Both the position numbers and the translations under genes were made by a program. Positions 33,446 through 34,864 of a DNA stretch of 34,864 nt are shown here, piece by piece (position 1 is the first letter of the stretch; every line of letters starts with the position of its first letter). The notes under the pieces were generated by a model. It was not told the origin of the DNA. It saw only the letters and a list, made by a program, of their open reading frames with translations, and did not search any database. The stretch is from a virus. Its lineage: Duplodnaviria > Caudoviricetes. The stretch covers positions 1-34,864 of IMG/VR virus record IMGVR_UViG_3300020045_005593; one strand, 5' to 3'.

Positions 33446-34864
33446 TTACCAAGTTTTACGCCCTGCGATTGTTTCTGAATAGTCTATAATACTATATAAC
33501 GACGTTAATTGATTATCCGTTAAACCGTCGTGTATTGCAATTATTTGCAATCTTTGACCGCTATAAGCCAAAGGCGATCCATTATAATTAAGAGCGCCTA
33601 AAAACAACTTAAGGCTTGGCAATAATAAAGGCGTACCGGTTTGAGTAGTTCCTATTTGAGTATTATTTCTAAAGAATTTAGTAGATACGGCAGATTGCCT
33701 AACGCCTGTCCAAATTCCCTTCGCATCATTTACACCTGTTTGAGTAACTTCTGCGCCTGATATTGAAATTTTTCTTTCGTAGTTTGAATTATATCGTCTA
33801 ACATTCATATAATAAGGCGTGCCAGATGCTGGATATACTCCAAATTCAATCGCATCATCCTTTGTAACATTTGTACCTACCGACATTGTAATCCCTGTTT
33901 TAACGTACCATAAATCAGTAGAGGTGTTTATAAAAGTGTCGGCGTAGCTATTGCTTCCATTTAACTGCCAGCCCAAGTCAGAATAAGTACCGGAACCTAA
34001 AATGTTTAATCTAAACGCCGCATTAGTATCTAATGGATTCCTTGCGTTCCATTTTTGCATAGTCGCTGTTGTTCCTTTTAGAGGATAGAGTGCTTTAATT
34101 TTCCACCAAAGACCTTTATTTTTTAACTGATAAATCAAATAATGCGAACTACTTACGGCATCTGTTCCTGAAACTCCTGACGCTGCTAAATAAGCCAATG
34201 CTTGCATGTCTCCTGTAGTATAATAAGTGTCAGCAACATTTGCGGTTGTAAAGCTTATAGAATTGCTAATTGAAGATTTATTATAAAAAATATCAATTGA
34301 TTTTATACCAAAATTTGAATAAGTATTATTTTGAATTAATCCGTATACTGCTTTTTCTGATAAGTCACCTATGTAAATTCCATTAGAATAACCTTCATAA
34401 TAAGCTATTGCGTTAGTGCTTCCTACTGGCTCAGTAAAATTAAATTCTGTCGCATTATTGTAGGCAATATTCAAACCTAAATCTGTAACCGCTATAGGAT
34501 TTGTAAAATTAGAAATATACGATACGGATGTTCCTCTTCCTATTAAATATGTAATGTCTCCATCTGGAGATCCTGCGTTGTTAGTCTGTAGAGCTATTGG
34601 AGTGTATAATTTTTTACAGTAAGACATTGCAAAAACATTGTTTGATCCCGAAGTACTGCCTAGCGTAGTAACTCTTGGAATATATACTAAATCTAAATAT
34701 AAAGCGTCGCTTAAAGCTAAATCAGCTATGGATGCACAATAAGGAAGTAATACCGTTTCTACTTTTGAGCTTTTTATAATTCCTCCTAAAATCGATGTAA
34801 CTCCATTAAACTCAATTATTTTTAATTGAGTTGTGGATTCAAAACAGTTTGCATATAATGCTGT
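33446..34864 (-). CDS. 5'-truncated multidomain fibre/adhesin-like protein: BspA-type LRR, Fn3-like, LamG-like
   Basis: Frame is open for 79 more codons from 34627 to the window edge (ANCFESTTQLKIIEFNGVTSI...VYIPRVTTLG). Fn3-like GLIQNNTY...KSIDIFYNKS..SN; LamG-like LNGSNSYADT...LFLGALN...GLTDNQL. Confidence 0.7.
   Translation of the reverse strand, partial: TALYANCFESTTQLKIIEFNGVTSILGGIIKSSKVETVLLPYCASIADLALSDALYLDLVYIPRVTTLGSTSGSNNVFAMSYCKKLYTPIALQTNNAGSPDGDITYLIGRGTSVSYISNFTNPIAVTDLGLNIAYNNATEFNFTEPVGSTNAIAYYEGYSNGIYIGDLSEKAVYGLIQNNTYSNFGIKSIDIFYNKSSISNSISFTTANVADTYYTTGDMQALAYLAASGVSGTDAVSSSHYLIYQLKNKGLWWKIKALYPLKGTTATMQKWNARNPLDTNAAFRLNILGSGTYSDLGWQLNGSNSYADTFINTSTDLWYVKTGITMSVGTNVTKDDAIEFGVYPASGTPYYMNVRRYNSNYERKISISGAEVTQTGVNDAKGIWTGVRQSAVSTKFFRNNTQIGTTQTGTPLLLPSLKLFLGALNYNGSPLAYSGQRLQIIAIHDGLTDNQLTSLYSIIDYSETIAGRKTW

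Noticed and set aside
1-34864. Direct circularisation joining the gene starting at 68 to the open frame at 34864
   Set aside because: A direct join is out of frame and hits TAA within about 15 codons, and no terminal repeat is visible, so sequence is missing between the ends.
1-34864. Genome-wide stop codon reassignment
   Set aside because: Genes are full length in the standard code and many end in ATGA overlaps, so UGA is a working stop.
33446-34864. Diversity-generating retroelement acting on the fibre genes
   Set aside because: No reverse transcriptase and no template/variable repeat pair noticed.

Overview
AT-rich (about 30% GC by eye) sequence of a long non-contractile-tailed (siphovirus-type) phage, most likely of Flavobacterium or a related Bacteroidota host. 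The host call rests on about 11 intergenic TAnnTTTG (-7) promoter elements, A-rich translation starts, signal peptides cleaved before Gln and a DUF3127-like gene. Almost all genes are on the minus strand. Reading in that direction: recombination/early genes (Bet/RecT, DUF3127, two different PAPS-reductase-like PP-loop proteins, HTHs, an outer-membrane beta-barrel), replication (SF2 helicase, VRR-NUC, RecA-like AAA, iteron-like origin), a tRNA-Ala-like RNA with an abnormal anticodon loop, terminases, an HK97-type head, neck, tail tube, chaperone with a -1 frameshift, tape measure, tail tip and fibre-like genes. At the right end are a truncated LRR/fibre-like gene and a lysis cassette (holin, M15 endolysin, unimolecular-spanin-like lipoprotein). 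Both ends lie in fibre-like genes, so this is probably most of a circularly permuted genome with a gap in the fibre region. No integrase or CI-type repressor was recognised. The most unusual signals are: (1) an in-frame FxxxFxxxF peptide hidden behind the UGA stop of the tail tube gene, next to a probable binding partner; (2) the structurally intact tRNA-Ala-like RNA with a 6-nt anticodon loop; (3) a two-hairpin kissing-loop leader before the helicase; (4) fibre-like proteins carrying Sec signal peptides. All family assignments come from motif recognition by eye; no searches were run.
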